Assembly: GCA_963667665.2 (NCBI GenBank)
Contig: OY763927.2
Span: forward strand, 608,001 to 672,000
From: Nitrosopumilus sp.
GTDB lineage: Archaea; Thermoproteota; Nitrososphaeria; Nitrososphaerales; Nitrosopumilaceae
Length of the DNA: 64,000 nucleotides
Direction of reading: 5' to 3'
A program made the position numbers and the translations under genes. The notes under the pieces were generated by a model. The model was not told the origin of the DNA. It was given only the letters and a program-made list of their open reading frames with translations, and ran no database searches. Shown here in pieces: positions 1-8,814 of the stretch. Each line of letters begins with the position of its first letter. Positions within the stretch are counted from its first letter, which is position 1.

Positions 1-1010
1 CTCAAGCACAAAGTTTAGTCCCTGAATGGATTAAAACAAATGCTGGTTGGTGGGCTGAAGGTACAGTTGATGATACAACTTTTCTAAACGGAATTGAATT
101 CCTAATTGAAAATAAAATCATTAACGTTTCATCTGAATCAAAAATAATTGATGTTGATACAATCACTATTGGGTTTATTCCAGTTGAGAAAGCTGATGAA
201 TTAACTCCAAAAGCTCAAGCCCTAGAAAATTTCCTTGAGAATGAATTGGGCATTGATGTTGAAGTAGTAGTTCCAACAAATTATGAAACTATTATTGAAG
301 GAATGCGATTCGGTCACATTGATGCTGCCTTTATGGACACAGGACCTGCATGGATTACACATCAAAGAACAGGTGCAGAAGCTGTATTGGCAGAACTTGT
401 AAACGGAAAAGTAAACTATCAAGCAACAATATGGGCTCTGGCTGATAATGATTCTATTAATTCATTAGAAGACACTGTTGGCAAAAGAGTTGCCTTTACT
501 AGCATTACTGGCTCATCAGGTTTTGTAAGACCTATGGGAACTTTGGTTAGTGATGGCCACATTACCATTGAAGGTGATGATATTGTAGCTTTAGAGTCTG
601 CTTTAGCAAATAACTTTGAAAGTTATACTTTTGCAGGCGGATACAAAGCAGCATTACAATTACTCCTCAATGAGAATGTAGATGTTGCATTTGGTTCAGA
701 TATTGCTCCTCAAAAATATCTTGAATTAGAAGATCAAGTAAAATTACGTCCAGTTACAACAATTGGACCTGTTCCATCACATGTGTTTATGGTAAGTGCT
801 GATATGTCAGAATCTGTCAAAGATGCACTTGTAGATGCACTTGTGGAACTCAATTATGATGAAAACAATTCAATATTAACGGATTTGTATGGTGCTGAAG
901 CACTTGTTCCAACAACCACAACTATGCATATTGGTGAATTTGGAACCTATATTGATTCTTTAACCGGACTTGATCAATTGATTCTTGATAAATACAACAA
1001 GAGCAAATAA
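1..1010 (+). CDS. phnD: Phosphate/phosphite/phosphonate ABC transporter substrate-binding protein (PhnD family), 5'-partial, with N-terminal thaumarchaeal PxWIKxxAGWW domain
   Basis: Frame is open from base 3 (QAQSLVPEWIKTNAGWWAEG...TIGFIP). PhnD-type motifs YETIIEGMRFGHIDAAF and SITGSSG. Followed by ATPase and permease. Confidence 0.85.
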   Translation, partial: QAQSLVPEWIKTNAGWWAEGTVDDTTFLNGIEFLIENKIINVSSESKIIDVDTITIGFIPVEKADELTPKAQALENFLENELGIDVEVVVPTNYETIIEGMRFGHIDAAFMDTGPAWITHQRTGAEAVLAELVNGKVNYQATIWALADNDSINSLEDTVGKRVAFTSITGSSGFVRPMGTLVSDGHITIEGDDIVALESALANNFESYTFAGGYKAALQLLLNENVDVAFGSDIAPQKYLELEDQVKLRPVTTIGPVPSHVFMVSADMSESVKDALVDALVELNYDENNSILTDLYGAEALVPTTTTMHIGEFGTYIDSLTGLDQLILDKYNKSK

Positions 1011-1027
1011 AACCTGGGATTCTGTTA

Positions 1028-1858
1028 ATGAAACAAATTCTGATGACCACAAACTCTTCTTTTTCATCAATTTTTACAAAGAAAATTATACAGATGAGTG
1101 ACGTTTGGACATCTTATGATTCCAAAAACTTTGCATTAGAAGGAATTAACATATCCATTGACAGAGGAACAAATTATGCTATTATTGGACAATCTGGTTC
1201 TGGAAAATCTACTTTACTTAAATTAATGAACGGTATGATGATTCCAAGTAAGGGTACAATCAAAATTGATTATGTCTCCCCTAATATGAATAATAAAAAA
1301 TTCAAAAATATGATGCATACTATTGGTTATATTCCACAAAGTCTTGGATTGATAAAAAATATCACAGTTCTTGAAAATACACTCATTGGTGCATTACCTA
1401 GATTAACCAAACTTCAATCATTATTGAAAAAATTTCCAGAACATGAAATTAAAGAAGCAAAAAGAATTCTAAATTTAGTTGGATTATCTGGAAAAGAAGA
1501 TAGAAAAGCCTACATGATCAGTGGTGGTGAAAAGAGAAGAGTTGCTATTGCTAGAGCATTAATGCAAAAACCTACAATTCTATTGGCAGACGAAATTGTT
1601 TCAGAATTAGATTATGTAACTGCTCATGAGATTATGGATTTAATCGCAGAGGCTCAAAAACGCATGAATCTGACTGCCATTATGGTTCATCATGATATGC
1701 AATTAGCATTGGAGTATGCTAATAGGGTTGCAGTCATCAAAGAAGGAAAAAAAGTTCTAGAAATTGGAGTTGAAGGAGATACTATAGTTGATTTTCAATC
1801 AGGTGATATGAGTACTGAACAGATTATGGAGATGTATGCTGATGACGCCAAAAAATAA
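1028..1858 (+). CDS. phnC: ABC transporter ATP-binding protein (PhnC-like)
   Basis: Walker A GQSGSGKST, signature ISGGEKRR, Walker B LLADE. Confidence 0.85.
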   Translation: MKQILMTTNSSFSSIFTKKIIQMSDVWTSYDSKNFALEGINISIDRGTNYAIIGQSGSGKSTLLKLMNGMMIPSKGTIKIDYVSPNMNNKKFKNMMHTIGYIPQSLGLIKNITVLENTLIGALPRLTKLQSLLKKFPEHEIKEAKRILNLVGLSGKEDRKAYMISGGEKRRVAIARALMQKPTILLADEIVSELDYVTAHEIMDLIAEAQKRMNLTAIMVHHDMQLALEYANRVAVIKEGKKVLEIGVEGDTIVDFQSGDMSTEQIMEMYADDAKK

Positions 1859-2627
1859 TATTATAATTGGAATAATTATTGGACTAGTTGTAATTGCATC
1901 TTACAATGTTGATGCTAATCCTATTGATTTTGTTGAGGGATTACCAAATCTTGCAATTGTTGTTGAGGAAATGCTTCTTGTTGAACCAAAGTATGTTCCA
2001 ACTGCTATTTGGGCAATGTTTGAAACAATCCAGATGGCATTCATTGGAACTATAGTTGGGTTTGTAATTGCATTACCACTAAGTATGCTTGCAGCAAGAA
2101 ATCTTAACAGCAAATATGTTTATGCTCCTGTCAGAGCATTACTAGCAGCTATTCGTACATTTCCATCAATTTTATGGGCAATCTTATTTGTGATTATGGT
2201 GGGATTGGGTCCTTTTGCAGGGGTCTTGGCAATTATTATGTATACAGTTGGGTTTGTTTCAAAATTACAATACGAAGCAATTGAAACAATTGATTCTGAT
2301 CCTATGGATGCAGTTGGCTCTATTGGTGTTTCAAAATGGCAATTGATTCGTTATGTTGTAATTCCTGAATCTGCTTCTCATCTTCTTAGTCAATTACTTT
2401 ACATGTTTGATTATAATATTCGTCAAACTAGTATCCTTGGATTAGTTGGTGCAGGTGGAATTGGTTTTTACATTATCAATTATATAAAATTCTTTGAGTA
2501 TGGAAAAGCAGCAGTTTTCATGTTAGTAGTGTTAGTTTCTGTTTTGATAATTGATTGGGTTAGCGTCAAGATAAGAGACAGGTATATTATCAAATCTCAA
2601 CATGGAATGGAAGTACCTACAAAATAG
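1836..2627 (+). CDS. phnE: ABC transporter permease (PhnE/PtxC family)
   Basis: ETIQMA, RTFP and LGLVGAGGIG motifs; multi-TM protein. Confidence 0.9.
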   Translation: MLMTPKNNIIIGIIIGLVVIASYNVDANPIDFVEGLPNLAIVVEEMLLVEPKYVPTAIWAMFETIQMAFIGTIVGFVIALPLSMLAARNLNSKYVYAPVRALLAAIRTFPSILWAILFVIMVGLGPFAGVLAIIMYTVGFVSKLQYEAIETIDSDPMDAVGSIGVSKWQLIRYVVIPESASHLLSQLLYMFDYNIRQTSILGLVGAGGIGFYIINYIKFFEYGKAAVFMLVVLVSVLIIDWVSVKIRDRYIIKSQHGMEVPTK

Positions 2628-2642
2628 ATTCTTGTTCTAATT

Positions 2643-3668
2643 TTAGGTTGTAACTTTGTCTAATTGATTAGATTCTGTGGCTGTTTTTATCTCTCTTGCC
2701 ATCCTTTTACCCATACTCATAGGCTCATTAAACAACAGTGAGTAATATGGAGAACCATCCATGTAGATGTTGGTTCCTGCAACAATTCTTGCTGAAAATT
2801 CAAATGATGTGAATTTTGCGTTCTCATCATAAACTCCTTCAATACAAAATGGGCCATTCATTCCTGGTGCGACTAGTTTTTTTGCAGCATCAACAAAGTT
2901 TTCACCCATGTTATACACTTCATCTAAAAGTGATTCTCTTAAAACTAGAGGACTATTCCCAATCACATTAAATGATGGAATTTTGTTGGATTTTAGTTGC
3001 TGTGCTGATGGAATTCTAGCAAGACCTTCAATGTCTGATTCATGTCTTTGATCAACTCCAAAGAATTCTAGTTCTTCTTTTAATGGAGAATAAAAGTACT
3101 GCAAATAAGCCAAAACTCCTACTGCATATTCTTGAATGTAAAGCGATTCCTCTTTTGAAATTATCCCTTCTGAAATCAATTGATTTCTCTTTGTATTGTA
3201 ATCATCTTCATTTGCTGCCATAAAGTATCCTTTTCCACCCGCTGCTCCTTGTCTTTTTACAATAACTAGTTTTTTGATGTCTTCAGGTTTTGATATTGAT
3301 GTTGGCATGGGAAGACTTGCCTCTTTCATGAGTTTTTCTTTCATCACTCTATCTGATTCCCATTTTAGAATCCATTTGTTTCCAAAGACAGGTGTTTTGA
3401 TTGATTCAATTTCTTCAGAACTCATTTGTGCAATTAATGTGCCATGTGGAATTAATACTGCATCATTTTGTTCTAGTATTGATTGACATTTTTGATCAAG
3501 AACTTCTTTGAATGAATCTACTAAAATTAATTCATCAATAAATGGAAATCTTCGATATAATTTTTCACGTTTTTTTTCACAGACAAGAATAGTTTTTAGA
3601 CCTTCATCTTTTGCACCTTTTAGAACTTGCAGTGCACAGTGAGAACCAAGTGTAGCTATTGCAGTCAT
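2643..3668 (-). CDS. purP: Formate--phosphoribosylaminoimidazolecarboxamide ligase (ATP-grasp)
   Basis: IATLGSHCALQ start, GAAGGKGYF, GPFCIE, FEFSARIVAGTN. Confidence 0.92.
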   Translation of the reverse strand: MTAIATLGSHCALQVLKGAKDEGLKTILVCEKKREKLYRRFPFIDELILVDSFKEVLDQKCQSILEQNDAVLIPHGTLIAQMSSEEIESIKTPVFGNKWILKWESDRVMKEKLMKEASLPMPTSISKPEDIKKLVIVKRQGAAGGKGYFMAANEDDYNTKRNQLISEGIISKEESLYIQEYAVGVLAYLQYFYSPLKEELEFFGVDQRHESDIEGLARIPSAQQLKSNKIPSFNVIGNSPLVLRESLLDEVYNMGENFVDAAKKLVAPGMNGPFCIEGVYDENAKFTSFEFSARIVAGTNIYMDGSPYYSLLFNEPMSMGKRMAREIKTATESNQLDKVTT

Positions 3669-3693
3669 TGTATTTTTCTTATCCCTTTGTACT

Positions 3694-3903
3694 TTATGAA
3701 CTATGTGTGGATGTAACGTACTGAAATATCTCATCTATCAATTCTACGCTTAGTTCTGATTTGATATCTTCTGGAACTACTTTAAGCACAAAATCATACA
3801 TTGTTGCATTTTTTGGAAGTTCATCTCTTTCTTGTAATAATGAAAAAACTGCAATTCCATTTGAGATTATTGCTATCATCTTTTCTCTATCAGCAAGAGC
3901 CAT
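3694..3903 (-). CDS. Conserved hypothetical small protein
   Basis: ORF directly upstream of and co-oriented with purP. Confidence 0.7.
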   Translation of the reverse strand: MALADREKMIAIISNGIAVFSLLQERDELPKNATMYDFVLKVVPEDIKSELSVELIDEIFQYVTSTHSS

Positions 3904-4083
3904 GATATTTGTGAAAAATTACAGTAATTTAATGTAAATCTAGATAGTGAAAAATTAATTACACCATACAAATGGAATAAAGTAAATTTCTCCTAGTATA
4001 TTCTCCAAATAATTTCACATAAAACCGACAATTTACTCGATTAGTTTCTATCATAATGTTGATTTCTCCATTATTCAATCAAA

Positions 4084-4359
4084 TTATCTGTAATCTCTTA
4101 GAGTTTTATCTAATTTTTCTATCAAATCATCACCTAATATTTCTCCATCATCATCAAGTTTCTCATCCATACGACTGCGTCTGGACATGTCTGTATCGTC
4201 TTCTATAATTTGGATTTTTTTCAAATCCACTCCTCCATATCTGCAATATTCTCCACCTCCATCTAGGAATGTTTTATTCTCACATGAACATCTGACTAAA
4301 TTATGTACTGATTTACTTTCTAGTATTTCTCCACATTGTAAACATTTGAGGTATGCCAT
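4084..4359 (-). CDS. Small Zn-binding protein of a type common in mobile elements and phages
   Basis: KCLQCGEILES...RCSC...LDGG.EY pattern. Confidence 0.7.
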   Translation of the reverse strand: MAYLKCLQCGEILESKSVHNLVRCSCENKTFLDGGGEYCRYGGVDLKKIQIIEDDTDMSRRSRMDEKLDDDGEILGDDLIEKLDKTLRDYR

Positions 4360-4442
4360 AGTGATGAATATTCTATGAAATACAAAAACATGATCTAGTT
4401 TATTAAAATTATAAAATAATTTTAAAAAATTTTTTATTATTA

Positions 4443-5204
4443 CTAATTTAATAGAATTTCTCTCGACCTAGATTTTTTTATTTTTGGATACTGATCAAAA
4501 ATTTTACCCTTAATTGTACGTCCACCTGATTTAGGTCTTATTCCTCCCCATTGTTTGAAAAATACTGAAACTTTTTGTTTTTTACATTGTTTTATGATGT
4601 CCCAAACCCATTCTTCTCGAACTTCTCTAAATTTATGACCACTTTCACCTCCGATGATTGCCCAATCAATATTGTCTAAATTTACTTCTCCAACAGGTCC
4701 CAGTAAAGGTTCAAAGCTAATAAAACGGATATCACATTGAACCTTTCTTAACTCTTTAATTCGCCAAGTGAAATCCTCGTTTTCAATACTAGTTCCCATC
4801 CAAATATGTTGAGGAATTTTGTATTTGTAAAATTTTTTAAATAATTTTGAAAATTCAATCATTTTTTCTGGACGTTTTGTCAATACTTGATACGTATGCC
4901 AATTTGCTTGTATCATTGTTTCAAAACATTTTCCCACAAATGTAAAGTCAGATTGTTCATGGAATAAATCTGACATGCTATTAACAAAAATTTTCTTAGG
5001 CTTTTTCCATGTTAGTGGAATCTCTACATCTGAACTATGTTCTGTAAATTTAAAATTATTCTTATATTTTTTAACTCCCATTGCTTTGAGTCTTTTTGAT
5101 AGCGATTCAGCATAACAATTTTTACATCCTGGAGAAATTTTTGAACATCCAGTTGTGGGATTCCATGTTGCCTCAGTCCACTCAATTCCTGAAGTATTTG
5201 CCAA
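4443..5204 (-). CDS. DUF5131 / phage Gp37-Gp68 family radical-SAM-like protein
   Basis: IEWTEATWNPTTGCSKISPGCKNCYA (Cx6Cx2C), FVNSMSDLFH, LTKRP, SFEPLLG, IIGGESG, FFKQWGG. Confidence 0.93.
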   Translation of the reverse strand: MANTSGIEWTEATWNPTTGCSKISPGCKNCYAESLSKRLKAMGVKKYKNNFKFTEHSSDVEIPLTWKKPKKIFVNSMSDLFHEQSDFTFVGKCFETMIQANWHTYQVLTKRPEKMIEFSKLFKKFYKYKIPQHIWMGTSIENEDFTWRIKELRKVQCDIRFISFEPLLGPVGEVNLDNIDWAIIGGESGHKFREVREEWVWDIIKQCKKQKVSVFFKQWGGIRPKSGGRTIKGKIFDQYPKIKKSRSREILLN

Positions 5205-5322
5205 TTGGCTTTTCTTTCAACCTATTCATATTAACATGTTTATGAACAGACAATTGACTGTCAGTCTAAACTTTTTTTTCTCAAGTTCATTTAAATCTTA
5301 TTGAATTTATTATTAACAAATC

Positions 5323-6231
5323 ATGGTTGAACCTTATGTTGTAGTTAGAGATACAATTTCATCATTACACAAATCTGTTGAAAATTTTTCTTTAGAACAA
5401 ATAACAACACCAGAACACGATGTATGGTCTGTAAAAAAACTAGTTGCATTACACTCCTACATCAGACCATATTGCCAAATAATGAGGAAACAGGGATTCA
5501 AAAAATTACACTATGTAGATCTATTTTCAGGATCAGGTCTTTTAAGAATTAATAACAAAATTCTTCCAGGGACATCGCTAGTTCCATTTACACGACTAAA
5601 AGATGGTTATCACTTTGATAATTATTTTCTTGCAGATGCAAATAGTAAATTTGTAACAGAATTAGAAAAACGTGCAAAAATTATGTTAGGTGCAAAAAAT
5701 CATTCATTAAACGTACATTCTTTAGATTTTGAAAAATCAGTTCAAAGAAAGTTTGGAACAAGTACTGGAAAATACAAAGATAATGGATATCTTGTAGTTT
5801 TAGATCCTTTTGGATTTGATGTATCATGGAATTCTCTTGTAGACATTTTACGTGGACGCTCAGTTGATATTTTTATTACATTTATGACAAAAGCAACTGA
5901 GAGAAACAAAAATATTGCACATTCAGAAAACTCTCTGAATAGAATTTTTGGGGATTCATCATGGAAAGAAAAAGAAGATTTTTTAGATTTGTATAGAACT
6001 AAAATTCATAATATTCCTTCAGAAAGTTGGAATCCTTACAAAACTACTGAAATTGCAGTTGAAACTGCTGGAAGCAGTAAATATCATTTAATTTTTGCAT
6101 CACGTGCGGCAGTTGCACATAAACCATTTTCATGGATTCAAACCCACATAGATAAAGTAAATAAAAATTTACTAAAAGATGCTTTTACTGGTGGAACAAC
6201 ACCTGAATCCAACATTGATCATTATTTTTAA
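5323..6231 (+). CDS. tcmP: Three-Cys-motif partner protein (SAM-dependent methyltransferase-like)
   Basis: WSVKKL..L..Y, YVDLFSGSG, VLDPFG, YHLIFAS; adjacent to DUF5131. Confidence 0.85.
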   Translation: MVEPYVVVRDTISSLHKSVENFSLEQITTPEHDVWSVKKLVALHSYIRPYCQIMRKQGFKKLHYVDLFSGSGLLRINNKILPGTSLVPFTRLKDGYHFDNYFLADANSKFVTELEKRAKIMLGAKNHSLNVHSLDFEKSVQRKFGTSTGKYKDNGYLVVLDPFGFDVSWNSLVDILRGRSVDIFITFMTKATERNKNIAHSENSLNRIFGDSSWKEKEDFLDLYRTKIHNIPSESWNPYKTTEIAVETAGSSKYHLIFASRAAVAHKPFSWIQTHIDKVNKNLLKDAFTGGTTPESNIDHYF

Positions 6232-6379
6232 TCCCATTTTTTCTGTCATTAATGATATCAAATAGATCTACTTTTCATTATCTCATTTTGATAAACTGCA
6301 TAATATTTCAATCTAGCATTGAACCAATAGTGTAAATCTCTATGAGGGCTTCAAATTTAGCTAATTAGCAAAAGCTAAA

Positions 6380-7141
6380 ATGATTCCTTACGAAATTATG
6401 TCATTGAAGAAAAAGACCCCTACTCTAAATCTTGAAAAAATTCAAGGTATAGAAAAAATATCTATCGCAAATAGAGAAGTTTACAATGCAGCAGAAATTG
6501 GACCTGTCCTTCATCTGATTCAAACAACTGATAATGTTGTATTACAACAACAACTAAAAAATTATTTTATTATTCGAACTGTATCTTTTATTGAATCAAG
6601 AATTAAAGGATATTTGATTCCATTAATTAACGATAACTCTTTAGATGTTTCCTCTTTGTTTAACGGTGAATTGACAATTTCTTTGGATGATTTAGATAAA
6701 ATTGATCGGAGTTTGACAAAAGGCGATATTGTTGTAACTAATTTTAATTTTCAATCTCTAGATAACATATTTTCAATCTATTCAAAATTATTACAAATTG
6801 ATTTTTTTTCAACAATGATGGATGTTATTGATTCTAAAAAATCTGGAATAGAATCACACACTAATTCAGGATCTAACATGATAAAAAATTGGCCTGAACT
6901 TGAAAAAATGTTTCTATTGCGACATAAAATAATTCATAATTTGGAAATTGTTGAAGAGGATGTTGATTTTAAATATCTTAAAATACTGCAAAATACTGTT
7001 GCTACTTTTTTAACTTTGACTTGGAATTTATCTTACCACATTCCAAAATTCAAACGAAAAGATTATGATAAAAATGTGAAATTTAAACAATTTATTGCCT
7101 GCAAAATTCAAGAATATAAAAAATCTTCAAAAAATTCATAA
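6380..7141 (+). CDS. HEPN-domain protein (putative RNase)
   Basis: N-terminal IIRTVSFIE helix, NFQ motif, Rx4H motif RHKIIH. Confidence 0.7.
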   Translation: MIPYEIMSLKKKTPTLNLEKIQGIEKISIANREVYNAAEIGPVLHLIQTTDNVVLQQQLKNYFIIRTVSFIESRIKGYLIPLINDNSLDVSSLFNGELTISLDDLDKIDRSLTKGDIVVTNFNFQSLDNIFSIYSKLLQIDFFSTMMDVIDSKKSGIESHTNSGSNMIKNWPELEKMFLLRHKIIHNLEIVEEDVDFKYLKILQNTVATFLTLTWNLSYHIPKFKRKDYDKNVKFKQFIACKIQEYKKSSKNS

Positions 7142-7217
7142 ATTTATTCTATTAGCATTAGCTAAACTATTTTCTCCAAAGATTAGAATAGTTTTAATTT
7201 TAATTATTTGGAAAATT

Positions 7218-8118
7218 CTACTTACTAGGAGGATTATATTGTACTATGTGTGATTTACCCTCATTATTTTCAATGATTTTTACTGCTGCTGTACTAGTTA
7301 TTGTCAAAATTGTAGAATGATGAACAGAAAGTACCAAATCTTGCAAGTCTGGATAATCCTCAATCATAGTTATTTTTAATTTCAGATCATCGCATTTCTG
7401 AGCGGAGAATTGTCTATTGTGAGATTTTGTTCTATCATTATCTGTTAATTCATCGACAATCCCTTTCACAATAGATTCCTTTTCTAAATCCTTTTCAAAC
7501 ATTCCAGTAAGCAATGATTCAGTTGCGATTTTTGTTGACCATTTTATGGCTCTTTCACATTGACCTATCAATGTTGGAGAATATTTAGCAAGTATTGGTT
7601 GCCAAACAGGAATTTTATCTTTGTCACCTTTTATTTCATCACTTGCTCGACGAAATTCATCTCTGATTCCCATTTGCTGGAACTCCTCCAATTTGTGGAT
7701 CGATTGGACCTAGACTGGATTGTTTACCCATCAAAATTTCTTTACATGCACAAGCTAACATTGTTCTACCTGACATAGCCATCTGTGGAATTATTGCACG
7801 AATATCTGTACCAAACATTTTTCGTAAATAATCAATTAGAGATTCAGTTGCAGCAACATCTCCACCTAGAGTATGGAGAATCAAATCCAATCCTTTTGAA
7901 CGATCCAATCCATGTATTGCTGTCATGAATCCATTTTTATCATCATTAGTAATACCCAACACTGGACCTAGGTTTTGTTTTTGTAACCATCCTGAATAAT
8001 AAATTATGGTGTTTCTTCCTGTATGTTTACTGAGTTGTTCGATGTAATCTTTTCTAAAAATATCAAAAGTACTTCCATTGGCGTTAACATTATCCCGTAT
8101 TTCATTAAAGCTTGGCAT
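7218..8118 (-). pseudogene. SDH-family Clp-fold serine protease, frameshifted
   Basis: YYSGWLQK, LDLILHTxGG, AMSxxT, SSLGPIDPQ, KSH. One extra base near 7670 (AATGGGAATC instead of AATGGAATC) splits ORFs 7657-8118 and 7218-7691. Confidence 0.85.
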
Positions 8119-8123
8119 ATTTC

Positions 8124-8297
8124 TTAGTTAATTCTAGTTGTTACTGTGGTGGTTGACAAGTATTGTTCTGGATCATTTACTTCCTCTTCTTGTTTATATT
8201 TCAAAAACTTGTTTCTTTTTTCAAATGTTTCTAAATTTAGTTCTTCAAAAATACTTTGGATTTCCTGAAACTCTTCAGAATCATTATTTGCAGTCAT
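8124..8297 (-). CDS. Small acidic protein upstream of the SDH protease
   Basis: MTANNDSEEFQEIQSIFEELNL...STTTVTTRIN; stop lies 5 bp before the protease start; start codon uncertain. Confidence 0.55.
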   Translation of the reverse strand: MTANNDSEEFQEIQSIFEELNLETFEKRNKFLKYKQEEEVNDPEQYLSTTTVTTRIN

Positions 8298-8472
8298 ATC
8301 AAACCCTATTCTAATTGTTTTTTCTAGATAAATAAATAACTTTAGTTGAATATAACTGTCAAACATATCCATTTTTGTATCTAGAATTTAGATGTGGATC
8401 AAAACATTGAATCACGTTTAATGAAAAATTTTTCCGCACAATATGGGTAAAAAGCTGTATTTTCCAATTATT

Positions 8473-8625
8473 TTATTTTCTTGATTTCTTGTAATTATTC
8501 AACATCTCTTGTAATGCATCATCAAGTGTTGGAATCTCTCCTGTTTTGGCTTGTATCTCACCCATAATTTTCAGAATTTCTTTATGTGTATCTTTTGTAA
8601 TTCTAATAGTTGTAATGTCTTTCAA
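8473..8625 (-). CDS. Ribbon-helix-helix (CopG/VapB-like) DNA-binding protein, 50 aa, absent from the ORF track
   Basis: TTG start; MKDITTIRITKDTHKEILKIMGEIQAKTGEIPTLDDALQEMLNNYKKSRK; alternating beta-strand followed by two helices. Confidence 0.7.
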   Translation of the reverse strand: MKDITTIRITKDTHKEILKIMGEIQAKTGEIPTLDDALQEMLNNYKKSRK

Positions 8626-8814
8626 TGCATATCTGGTATATTTCCAAATAATAAAGGCTCACAAGATTCTGTATAGCTAAGGGCTAGGATTTAGCTAAAG
8701 CTATAATGATCAAGGAATCAGAGACTTGAACCAAACAGACAGTTCTCCTTAAGAGAATTAAAGTCAATATCTAAAATTTACTTAAACAAATTTTCAAGCC
8801 AAAATATCCTTTTA

